From: an uncultured Candidatus Saccharibacteria bacterium
GTDB lineage: Bacteria; Patescibacteriota; Minisyncoccia; Phycocordibacterales; WO2-35-19
Length of the DNA stretch: 64,000 bases
Reading direction: 5' to 3'
Assembly: GCA_964464975.1 (NCBI GenBank)
Contig: CAYXKV010000001.1
Span: 457 to 64,456 of the forward strand
The notes under the pieces were generated by a model, which had not been told where the DNA came from, searched no databases, and saw nothing but the letters and a program-made list of their open reading frames with translations. The translations under genes and the position numbers were made by a program. Below are positions 28,880 through 37,102 of this stretch, in pieces. Within the stretch, counting starts at the first letter, position 1. Every line of letters starts with the position of its first letter.

Positions 28880-30540
28880 TGCTTACATGTAATTTTGATC
28901 CACCTTTTTATTTTTTATTTTCGGAAAATATTCCGGGGCTGGTTTATTATTCTCATTTTTCGGCAATTCTGATCGGCCTTTCGCTTATTTTTTATCTTTT
29001 AATTAAGGCAAAAAAGGAGCTGACCACAAAAGCTCTTATTTTGATGCTTGTACCATTCAGTTTGTGGGTACTTTTTGATTCTGTCTTTTGGGCAAGCAAT
29101 AGAAGCGACATAATTATGTTTGTCTGGTCGCTCCAGATCTTGTTTGAGCCTATCACTTACCTAGGTGCCGTTTACCTCATGTATATATTATCAAAAAAAA
29201 TGGACATGCCTTTCCCTGGGAAACTGACCTTGGGAATAATTTTTTTGCCCTTAATTATTTTTAGCCCAACAAGGTATTTCTTACCTGCATTTGACATATC
29301 AAGCTGCTTAAGCGTGGAAACAATATGGTCGTATTACACCTATGTGATAGAGACCATCGCAATAATCTGGATAGCTATTTTTGCCATAAGGGAATACAGG
29401 AAGAGAACATCTTTCAAAGAGAGGGGCCAGATTTTGTTTATGTCTATCGGCCTCATTCTGTTTTTGCTTGCTTTTGCGTCAGGCAACATTATCGGCAGCC
29501 TTACTGGGGATTGGAACGTGGCTCAAATCGGTTTGATCGGTGCGCCGCTTCTTATGGGCTTCCTCTCTTATGCCGTATCGAGATTTCAGGCCTTCAATGT
29601 AAAACTTCTTTCAACAGAAATACTCGTGCTTATTTTGTGGATTGTGCTCTGTTCGGTGCTATTTGTGCAAAATATAGAAATTGCCAGAGTTATAGTTTCT
29701 TTTACCCTTATTGTATTTATTATAGCCGGCATACTTTTGGTAAAATCAGTTAGCCGTGAAGTTGAACAAAGGGAACGCATCGAAAAGCTGCTTGAAAAAC
29801 TTGAAATAGCAAACATGAGGCTCAAAGAGCTTGACCAGATGAAGTCCGAATTTCTATCGCTTGCGACCCACCAGATACGAAGCCCGCTTACGGCTATCAA
29901 AGGCTACGCCTCTATGCTTTTAGACGGCGACTACGGCGAGCTTCCGAAGGAAGCCAAAAATTCTGTGAACATCATCATGCGCTCTTGTCAAAACTTGGTA
30001 AATATTGTCAACGATTTCCTGAACATTTCGCGCATTGAGCAGGGCAGGATGGTTTATGACAAAAGCGTTTTCAACATAGGCGATCTGGTATCCGAAGTCA
30101 TAAACCAATACAAGCCCAATCTCGAGGACGCCAAGCTGTCCTTATCGGTAAACATTCCAGAAAGCCCTATTCCTATTGAGGCCGACAAAGACAAGCTCAA
30201 GCAGATAGTGGGCAATATCGTAGACAACGCTATCAAATACACTAAAAAGGGCGAGGTCAGGGTGTCCGTTTCGGAGTCGGGGAAGGAAGTGGTAATTGAA
30301 GTAAAAGATACAGGCATAGGCATCGAACCTTTTGAAATTGAAAACCTTTTCATGAAATTTTTTAGAACTCGCGAAGCCCATAGAAAAAACATTTCAGGGT
30401 CAGGATTGGGCCTTTATATAGCGAGAAAAATTGCCGAGGCCCATGGGGGCACCATAGAGGCTCACTCCGAGGGTATAGGCAAGGGTAGTACTTTCAAAAT
30501 TATTTTGCCCAAACTAAATACCCGCTTTGCGGGTATTTAG
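28879..30540 (+). CDS. Sensor histidine kinase with multi-TM N-terminus
   Basis: THQIRSPL H-box, NIVDNAIKY, DTGIG, GSGLGL. Confidence 0.92.
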   Translation: MLTCNFDPPFYFLFSENIPGLVYYSHFSAILIGLSLIFYLLIKAKKELTTKALILMLVPFSLWVLFDSVFWASNRSDIIMFVWSLQILFEPITYLGAVYLMYILSKKMDMPFPGKLTLGIIFLPLIIFSPTRYFLPAFDISSCLSVETIWSYYTYVIETIAIIWIAIFAIREYRKRTSFKERGQILFMSIGLILFLLAFASGNIIGSLTGDWNVAQIGLIGAPLLMGFLSYAVSRFQAFNVKLLSTEILVLILWIVLCSVLFVQNIEIARVIVSFTLIVFIIAGILLVKSVSREVEQRERIEKLLEKLEIANMRLKELDQMKSEFLSLATHQIRSPLTAIKGYASMLLDGDYGELPKEAKNSVNIIMRSCQNLVNIVNDFLNISRIEQGRMVYDKSVFNIGDLVSEVINQYKPNLEDAKLSLSVNIPESPIPIEADKDKLKQIVGNIVDNAIKYTKKGEVRVSVSESGKEVVIEVKDTGIGIEPFEIENLFMKFFRTREAHRKNISGSGLGLYIARKIAEAHGGTIEAHSEGIGKGSTFKIILPKLNTRFAGI

Positions 30541-30541
30541 T
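30513..30541. terminator. Perfect 13-bp hairpin between convergent genes
   Basis: ACTAAATACCCGC-TTT-GCGGGTATTTAGT. Confidence 0.65.
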
Positions 30542-30560
30542 GAGAACCTTACAGCCTGTT

Positions 30561-31556
30561 TTAATTCTGGGTCGTAAAAGTGAATTCAGGAGACCTGCTT
30601 ACATTGTTTGAGCTGTCTTTGGATTCAACAAGTGCAAAGTATGTGGTGCTTGTATCCAGGTTTACAAGTTCGATCATATTGGTAGTGGTTGTGGCAGGTT
30701 TTTCCACAGACAAAGTTGAAGAACTTGTAATATTTACAGGAGTAGTCGTCGAGTAATAGACCTTTGAAGTTGCCAGTTCATTGGTGCCCCACAGGATTTT
30801 TGCCGAAGTTGTGCCTACAAGAGCCACGACTGTCGATATGACCGGAGGAGTGGTATCGGAGATAACGGGGACATCTTTGGTCTTAAATGAGAATTCGCTT
30901 GAGACAGATGTGTTGTTCGATGAGTCAGTCGACTTCACTTTTGCGTAGTATGTAGTGGTAGCACTAAGGCCTGTGAGGGTCATAACATGGTTTTTGACCA
31001 TATTGCCGTTTACAAGCTTTGAAACAGTGCTGCTTGATACGTCAATTCCCGAAAGGACGCTCCAGCAAATTGTGCTGTTCGAATTTTCGTTTGTAGTCCA
31101 GCTAACAGTAGCGCTATTATGGGTGGTTGAAATCACAATATTAGATATTACCGGCGCGGAAGTGTCAGGGGTTGAGGTGCCGTGGGTAGTGCCTCTAAAT
31201 TTTTTTGCAATGCCGAAAGGCAAGACACAATCTTCGCTCACAGATAATGAACCAAAATTCTTTATCCACCCGGGAGCTATGAGGTGCCCTAAAGCTTTGA
31301 AGCACTTCTTTGCGCCACCGTTTCCATTTTCTGAGGAAACATTAACGCCGGAGATGATCTTTTTATCATCATCTTCATTTTCATTTTCGACTTCAATTTC
31401 TATTTTTTGGGATTTGCCTATTTTTTGTTCTAACTTGACCTTGCCCTGCACCCCTTTGCCGTTGCTTTTGTCGCTTTTGGCAAAAGCGAAAGCCGGAGCA
31501 AAGGCGAAAGACATAACTGTCACAAAAACAATGATACCCTTGAATACGTTTTTCAT
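30561..31556 (-). CDS. Secreted protein with two fibronectin-III-like domains
   Basis: Signal peptide (AFAFA), PGWIK/LPFGIAKK motifs, two DT.PVIS...W.TNE...TTY repeats. Confidence 0.8.
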   Translation of the reverse strand: MKNVFKGIIVFVTVMSFAFAPAFAFAKSDKSNGKGVQGKVKLEQKIGKSQKIEIEVENENEDDDKKIISGVNVSSENGNGGAKKCFKALGHLIAPGWIKNFGSLSVSEDCVLPFGIAKKFRGTTHGTSTPDTSAPVISNIVISTTHNSATVSWTTNENSNSTICWSVLSGIDVSSSTVSKLVNGNMVKNHVMTLTGLSATTTYYAKVKSTDSSNNTSVSSEFSFKTKDVPVISDTTPPVISTVVALVGTTSAKILWGTNELATSKVYYSTTTPVNITSSSTLSVEKPATTTTNMIELVNLDTSTTYFALVESKDSSNNVSRSPEFTFTTQN

Positions 31557-31594
31557 AAGCCTTTTTTATCTAAATTACCTTGTAATACAATGTA

Positions 31595-31621
31595 AGACGC
31601 TGGGCTTTGCCGACTCTTTCA
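31595..31621 (-). promoter_or_regulatory. ECF-type promoter TGAAA-N17-CGTCT for the FN3 protein gene
   Basis: Same boxes and spacing as the promoter before the sigma gene. Confidence 0.7.
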
Positions 31622-31651
31622 TGGACAAATTCTTTAGTTCATTGTATTATA

Positions 31652-31678
31652 TGAAATAAACGCGGCACTTGCGCGTCT
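31652..31678 (+). promoter_or_regulatory. ECF-type promoter TGAAA-N17-CGTCT for the sigma gene
   Basis: Resembles SigW/SigM-type TGAAAC/CGTC consensus; 6 nt before ATG. Confidence 0.7.
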
Positions 31679-31684
31679 AAATAT

Positions 31685-32215
31685 ATGGTGGATAGGGAAA
31701 TCGAAAGCCGGTTCTCGGCTATATACGGCAAGGAGGCGGACGCTCTTTTCAGATATGTTTTGCTTAGAGTTTCCGACCGCGAAGAGGCTCTGGATATTAC
31801 TTCCGGTGTATTTGGCAAACTCTGGGAGCTTCTAACGGCAGGAGAGAAAATACGAGACCATAGAGCTTTCATTTTTACCGTTGCACGCAACAGGGTGATC
31901 GACTGGTACCGCAAACGCAGGCCTATCTCCCTAGATAAGCTCATGGAGCCGGACGAAAATGAAGATGGGCCGGCATTCCAGGTTCCTGATGATTCGGCAG
32001 ACGGCAAGATAGAGGCATTTTCAGAGGGAAAGCTGGTGCTCGAAGCCTTGTCCAAAGTCCCAAGAAGCCTCGGAGATACCCTTTACTTAAGATTCGTAGA
32101 AGGGCTTGAGATAGAAGAAATCGGGAAGATAATGGGTATCACGAGCAATGCCGTATCGATACGGATAAACAGGGGGATAGAGGAACTTAAAAAAATACTT
32201 AGAATAGAAAAATAA
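31685..32215 (+). CDS. ECF RNA polymerase sigma factor
   Basis: Region 2 (FIFTVARNRVIDWYRK) and region 4 (EIGKIMGITSNAVSIRINRG). Confidence 0.92.
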   Translation: MVDREIESRFSAIYGKEADALFRYVLLRVSDREEALDITSGVFGKLWELLTAGEKIRDHRAFIFTVARNRVIDWYRKRRPISLDKLMEPDENEDGPAFQVPDDSADGKIEAFSEGKLVLEALSKVPRSLGDTLYLRFVEGLEIEEIGKIMGITSNAVSIRINRGIEELKKILRIEK

Positions 32216-32223
32216 ATTTTGAG

Positions 32224-32910
32224 ATGGACGACAAATTTAAAAAAGGAATAGGAGAGATTAAAAAAATCAAACTTTCAAAAAGCGAAAAGGAGATGATTTT
32301 GATGCGGGTGATGAGGGCAGGCAGGAAAAGCAAGCCTTCTAGCCTTTATCCATTTTTCGGGTTTTGGCAATCGTTTAGCGCAAACCATCATATCTTCGCG
32401 TATGCGGTAACTCCGCTTGTTGTAATAGCCTTGATAGTAGGCACCTCATCGTACGGCGCCGAGGCTTCGCTCCCTGGCGACACCCTGTACCCGCTCAAAC
32501 TCAATTTGAACGAAGAGGTTCGGGGGCTTGTGAGCATGACTCCGGAAGGCAAGATTTCCTGGGAGGCTCAAAGGGCTGTGCGCAGGATCGAAGAAGCGGT
32601 CTCTCTTGCCTCAGACGGTAAACTGGACGAGGAAAGCTTTAAAGAGATCGAGAAGAATTTCGACAAGCATTTTGATAAAGTTGAGAATTCCTCTGGCAAG
32701 GCGGACGGAGCGACATCGACTGAAAAGGTGATTGAAATAAAGAAGGAGCTAGACAAAAAACTTGAAGAACAGGCAAAAAAACTCGGAGAGATAAGCGAGA
32801 AAGAGGATGACGGCAACAAAGAGAGAGCTAGAGCTCTGGAGAAGAAAATCAGAGAGAAAATAAAGGATAAGGAAGGGAAAGGAAGAGAGGATTCAAGTAA
32901 AGAAGATTGA
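32224..32910 (+). CDS. DUF5667-like membrane protein, candidate anti-sigma factor
   Basis: TM then SLPGDTLYPLK motif; directly downstream of the ECF sigma gene. Confidence 0.7.
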   Translation: MDDKFKKGIGEIKKIKLSKSEKEMILMRVMRAGRKSKPSSLYPFFGFWQSFSANHHIFAYAVTPLVVIALIVGTSSYGAEASLPGDTLYPLKLNLNEEVRGLVSMTPEGKISWEAQRAVRRIEEAVSLASDGKLDEESFKEIEKNFDKHFDKVENSSGKADGATSTEKVIEIKKELDKKLEEQAKKLGEISEKEDDGNKERARALEKKIREKIKDKEGKGREDSSKED

Positions 32911-32911
32911 A

Positions 32912-33075
32912 ATAAAAAAACGCTGCCCCTCTGGGGAGACTGCGCTTAAACCTCGGCTCTGGCCGGAGGAGTCACCTCGGCCAAGGTCTAAGCGAGTCTA
33001 CGACCCAGAGGGCGGTGCTTGCGGGAAGTCTGCACCCTATCCACCCCCCGCAAACTGATTAGCTTTTTCAGCTCT
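32912..33075 (-). ncRNA. Candidate structured non-coding RNA (~160 nt)
   Basis: Upstream TTGACA-17-TATACT; GC-rich stems with G-U pairs mostly on this strand; ends in T7 tract. Confidence 0.6.
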
Positions 33076-33081
33076 AATAAT

Positions 33082-33110
33082 AGTATAAACCCATCGAGCC
33101 GTCCTGTCAA
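33082..33110 (-). promoter_or_regulatory. Near-consensus sigma70 promoter
   Basis: TTGACA (33110-33105), 17 nt, TATACT (33087-33082). Confidence 0.75.
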
Positions 33111-33179
33111 GCCTCCAATCCACAGCTTATCGGAACCTCTTTTGTAGTGTTGGCTTATATGATTTTGTAAAATAAGCCT

Positions 33180-34814
33180 ATGACCCAAAAAGAGGCGCTT
33201 GATATTTTAAAGACTGGGAGGAATGTTTTCCTGACAGGTGCGGCTGGTAGCGGCAAAACCCATGTCATACGCGAATATATAAATTTTCTCAAAGGACTTG
33301 GGGCGAACATAGGAATCACCGCTTCGACCGGCATAGCCGCGACCCACATGGGCGGCATAACTATTCACTCCTGGTCAGGCATAGGCATAAGAGATTCTCT
33401 CAAAAAAGAAGAGATAACAGAGATTGCAGAAAAGCAGCACGTCAAACGGAAAGTCCGGGACGCTAAAGTGCTTCTGATCGACGAGATCTCGATGCTTCAC
33501 CATTTCCGGCTTGATATGGTTGATGTAGTGCTTAGGGAAATCAAAGGAGTAAGCGAGCCTTTTGGCGGTATGCAGGTTGTTTTGGTCGGAGATTTTTTTC
33601 AGTTGCCGCCTGTATTCAGGCGCGGAGAGAGAGGGGGGAGATTTGCGTACCACTCAAACGCCTGGAAAGATCTTTCCCCTAAGGTCTGCTACCTATCCGA
33701 ACAGCACAGGCAAAATGATGCTCAGTTTATCAATATTTTAAATTCCATAAGGCTCTCCAAATCGCCGGATGAAATTTTAAAATCCCTCCAAGTGAGGCTC
33801 GGTGTTAAGCCCCGCGACATCCACACCAGGCTATATTCGTTGAACAAGGACGTTGATTTTGAAAACGAAATCGAGCTTCAGAAAATCAAAGGTCCAGCCA
33901 CAGAGTTTCAAATGATGAGCCGCGGCAGGAAGAGTCTTGTCGAAGCACTCAAGAAAAGCTGTCTCGCCCCAGAAAATCTGCGATTGAAAGGGGGGGCTAA
34001 GGTGATGTTCGTTAAAAACAACTTTGAGGAAGGCTATGTGAACGGCACTATGGGCACAGTCGTAGAGTGCAGAAGCAAAAGCATAAAGGTAAGAACCACT
34101 TCGGGAGAGACTATAGACGTCGAGACAGCAAGCTGGGCCATTGAGGAGAACGGCAGAGTGCTCGCTGAGATCATACAATACCCTCTACGGCTCGCCTGGG
34201 CCATTACCATTCACAAGAGCCAGGGTATGTCTCTTGATTCGGCCCTTATTGATCTGTCAAATTCTTTTGAGAAAGGTATGGGCTATGTCGCCCTGTCGAG
34301 AGTGCGTTCGCTTGAAGGACTTTTTCTTAAGGATATCAATCCTAAAGCCCTTGAGGTCGACCCTGATGTGCAGACGGTGGATGTCAAATTCAGGGAAGAT
34401 TCAAGCGCCAATTCTTTCCATGTTAGGAACATGAGCAAAGAGAAACTGCGCAGACTTCATAGCGAATTTGAAAATAATGTAAGGGTCGAGAAGAAAGACA
34501 GGAAGCTAAGCACAGTGGAAGAAACCAAACTCATGCTCGACTCTGGCGCCAGCGTCAAAGATATCGCCAAGGCGCGCCGCCTCAAGCCGGGCACCATTAT
34601 CGAACATATAGAAGAAATCAAAAGAGAAGAGCCCGGATACAATATAAGAAACTTGCATCGCACCATCCCAGAGGCCAAGTTCAGGCAAATTTACAGCGCT
34701 TTCCGCAAGACCGGGATTTCGCCGGGTGGCGAGTATCGCCTGTCTCCGGTTAAGGAGCTTTTGGGCTCCAAGTACTCCTACGACGACCTCCGCCTAGTCC
34801 GGTTGTTTTTGTAG
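33180..34814 (+). CDS. Pif1-family helicase with C-terminal HTH
   Basis: GAAGSGKT, IDEISM, GDFFQLPPV, QYPLRLAWAITIHKSQGMS, YVALSR. Confidence 0.92.
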   Translation: MTQKEALDILKTGRNVFLTGAAGSGKTHVIREYINFLKGLGANIGITASTGIAATHMGGITIHSWSGIGIRDSLKKEEITEIAEKQHVKRKVRDAKVLLIDEISMLHHFRLDMVDVVLREIKGVSEPFGGMQVVLVGDFFQLPPVFRRGERGGRFAYHSNAWKDLSPKVCYLSEQHRQNDAQFINILNSIRLSKSPDEILKSLQVRLGVKPRDIHTRLYSLNKDVDFENEIELQKIKGPATEFQMMSRGRKSLVEALKKSCLAPENLRLKGGAKVMFVKNNFEEGYVNGTMGTVVECRSKSIKVRTTSGETIDVETASWAIEENGRVLAEIIQYPLRLAWAITIHKSQGMSLDSALIDLSNSFEKGMGYVALSRVRSLEGLFLKDINPKALEVDPDVQTVDVKFREDSSANSFHVRNMSKEKLRRLHSEFENNVRVEKKDRKLSTVEETKLMLDSGASVKDIAKARRLKPGTIIEHIEEIKREEPGYNIRNLHRTIPEAKFRQIYSAFRKTGISPGGEYRLSPVKELLGSKYSYDDLRLVRLFL

Positions 34815-34884
34815 TTATCGCCAATAAATCTCATTTTTCCATATTAAGGACAAGAGGGATAATTTCTGGTACCTTAGAAGAGCC

Positions 34885-35808
34885 ATGGAAAGCATAAAAA
34901 TTCAGTTAGGGGAGCTCAAGGGTTACAAGCTTTTGGATTGCGGTGAGAAGCAAAAGCTTGAAGAAGTCGGAGGTATAAGGATAGTAAGAAGCGAGCCAAG
35001 AGCGTGGTGGAAGAAGAGCCTGCCGGAGAATGAATGGGGGAAGGCCCAGGCGGCCTTTGAATCTGAAAATCAAAAGTCCTGGAAGTTTGCACAAGACTTA
35101 GCCTTGAACGAAGCAGTTGTTAACATAGGCATAGAAGGTATAAAGGCCAAAGTAAGGTTTGGTGGAAGATCCAAACATATAGGGATTTTTCCTGAGCAGG
35201 CGGGGCAGTGGAGGTGGATAAGGGATAGAATTATGAATCATAAGTCAGGAATTATGGGAGAAAAAAAAGAGGAAAGGAAATTGAATATTTTAAATTTGTT
35301 TGGATACACTGGGATAGCGAGCCTGGTAGCGGTCGCGTCAGACGCGGCAGTCAAAGTTACTCACGTGGACGCCTCCGCGCAGTCAATTAATTGGGCTAAG
35401 GTGAATCAGAGGATTTCAGGGCTAGAAAACGCGCCCATCCGCTGGGTTGTTGATGATGTTTTGAAATTCATAAAAAGAGAAATTAAAAGAGGCGAGAGGT
35501 ATAACGCCATCATACTGGACCCGCCAAGCTACGGCAGGGGGCCAAAAGGCGAGGTTTGGAAGGCAGAGGAGAAGCTCGGAGAACTCTTAGAGAGTTGCGG
35601 AATGCTTTTAACCGATAGGCCCCTTTTTGTTTTGTTCAATATGTATTCGACCGAGCTTTCATCACTATCGTTGCGAAATATGCTTGTGGATATGGTTCCG
35701 CAGAGTATCGCAAAGGAAGGTCATTTCGAGTGCGGAGAGCATGCAATCAGACAGGCAAATTCGTCCCGCCTCCTTCCAATGTCCATCTTTGCGCTGTGGA
35801 CCGAATGA
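34885..35808 (+). CDS. Class I SAM-dependent methyltransferase (RlmI/RlmK-like)
   Basis: GIFPEQ, LNLFGYTG, ILDPPSYG. Confidence 0.85.
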   Translation: MESIKIQLGELKGYKLLDCGEKQKLEEVGGIRIVRSEPRAWWKKSLPENEWGKAQAAFESENQKSWKFAQDLALNEAVVNIGIEGIKAKVRFGGRSKHIGIFPEQAGQWRWIRDRIMNHKSGIMGEKKEERKLNILNLFGYTGIASLVAVASDAAVKVTHVDASAQSINWAKVNQRISGLENAPIRWVVDDVLKFIKREIKRGERYNAIILDPPSYGRGPKGEVWKAEEKLGELLESCGMLLTDRPLFVLFNMYSTELSSLSLRNMLVDMVPQSIAKEGHFECGEHAIRQANSSRLLPMSIFALWTE

Positions 35809-35825
35809 TAAGCAGAATACTACAA

Positions 35826-35855
35826 CATTCTTATATTCTGCAGAATGTTGGAATG
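35826..35855. repeat. Palindromic repeat copy 3 (solo)
   Basis: CATTCTTATATTCTGCAGAATGTTGGAATG, 27/30 identical to copy 2. Confidence 0.85.
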
Positions 35856-35923
35856 AGAATAAATGGCGGTCGAAGTATGGGTAGAGTGTTATGAATAAGC
35901 GTTATTTGTGCTAATATTGTGGC

Positions 35924-36940
35924 ATGGGAAAAACTTCAGACAGCAAGAGTGCCCGAACTATACTTTCAGGGGTAAAGCCAACGGGTAGGCCCCACTTGGG
36001 AAATTATTTTGGAGCCATGAGGCAGTTTGTGGAGCTTCAGAATGGCAGCAACCCTGACGTCGAGGTCGGCACTTCATATTTTATGATAGCCGATTATCAT
36101 GCTTTGAATTTCGTCCAGAATGCAGAAGAGATGCGCAGACTCTCGCTTGGAGTAGCTCTCGATTTTTTGGCTATCGGCCTCAATCCGGAGAGGTCAGTTA
36201 TTTTTAAACAGTCAGAAGTTCCCGAGCACACCGAGCTTGCTTGGATCTTCGACTCGATCACAACTATTCCTTATCTCAAGCGCGCCCACGCTTACAAGGA
36301 CGCGACAGCAAAAGGCGGAGAAGAAGATGTTTCCGCAGGCACATTCACGTACCCCATGCTTATGGCTGCAGATATTTTGCTATACGACACCGACCTTGTC
36401 CCTGTGGGTCAAGACCAGAAGCAGCACATCGAATACGCTCGTGACACCGCCGAGAAGTTCAATAGGATTTTTGGCGCTTCGAATTCACTCACCGCAGGCA
36501 ATATTTTCAAATTACCTGATGAATATATATTGAAAGATGTCGAAATCGTACCCGGCACAGACGGCCGCAAAATGAGCAAAAGTTATGGCAACACCATAAG
36601 CCTCTTTGCGGAAGAGAGCGAGATCGAGGAGAAGGTTATGGGTATTGTTACGGACTCAGAGGGGGAAAGGCCAGAAAATGTTTATAAGATCCATAGGCTG
36701 GTAAGGGACGAGGCGGAGCTTCAAAAAATCTATGAGGAGAACAGGGGCAAGTATAAAATGATCAAAGAAATACTCATAGACGATCTTAAAAACTTCATCC
36801 GACCACTCAGGGAAAAGAGGGGGGAGATTTCAAGGGATTTGAGTTTTGTGGAAAGAGTGCTTAAAAAAGGCAGTGAAAAGGCCCGCGCAGCGGCGGGCCT
36901 CAAAATGGGATTGGTTCGGAGTGTTATCGGCGTTCGATAG
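35924..36940 (+). CDS. trpS: Tryptophan--tRNA ligase
   Basis: PTGRPHLGNY, YPMLMAADIL, VPVGQDQKQH, KMSKS. Confidence 0.97.
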   Translation: MGKTSDSKSARTILSGVKPTGRPHLGNYFGAMRQFVELQNGSNPDVEVGTSYFMIADYHALNFVQNAEEMRRLSLGVALDFLAIGLNPERSVIFKQSEVPEHTELAWIFDSITTIPYLKRAHAYKDATAKGGEEDVSAGTFTYPMLMAADILLYDTDLVPVGQDQKQHIEYARDTAEKFNRIFGASNSLTAGNIFKLPDEYILKDVEIVPGTDGRKMSKSYGNTISLFAEESEIEEKVMGIVTDSEGERPENVYKIHRLVRDEAELQKIYEENRGKYKMIKEILIDDLKNFIRPLREKRGEISRDLSFVERVLKKGSEKARAAAGLKMGLVRSVIGVR

Positions 36941-37058
36941 TCTCCTCGTCCTTGTCTTCTTGCCGCCAGTACTTGTATGTAGCGATAGCGGCAATGACAA
37001 AGGCGATAGCTATCGGTGAAAAGATCCGTTCGATAAAAAAAGCAAAATCTTCTTCCAT
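36924..37058 (-). CDS. Small single-TM protein (44 aa)
   Basis: MEEDFAFFIERIFSPIAIAFVIAAIATYKYWRQEDKDEETIERR; TTGACA-17-TATACT at 37098-37070. Confidence 0.6.
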   Translation of the reverse strand: MEEDFAFFIERIFSPIAIAFVIAAIATYKYWRQEDKDEETIERR

Positions 37059-37102
37059 ATCCGCAAAATAGTATAGTTTAAATAAATCATTTTGTCAATT
37101 TT

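Noticed and set aside
30955-31659. 234-aa plus-strand ORF and the many other antisense ORFs in the track
   Set aside because: Shadows of well-supported genes on the opposite strand, with no motifs.
32988-33188. 66-aa minus-strand ORF across the candidate ncRNA
   Set aside because: Starts upstream of the promoter, overlaps the helicase start and has no protein features.
36050-36500. Possible decayed repeat insertions in trpS (NPDVEVGTS, ASNSLTAG) and in the methyltransferase near 35227-35258
   Set aside because: Too degenerate to show symmetry without an alignment; suspected only.
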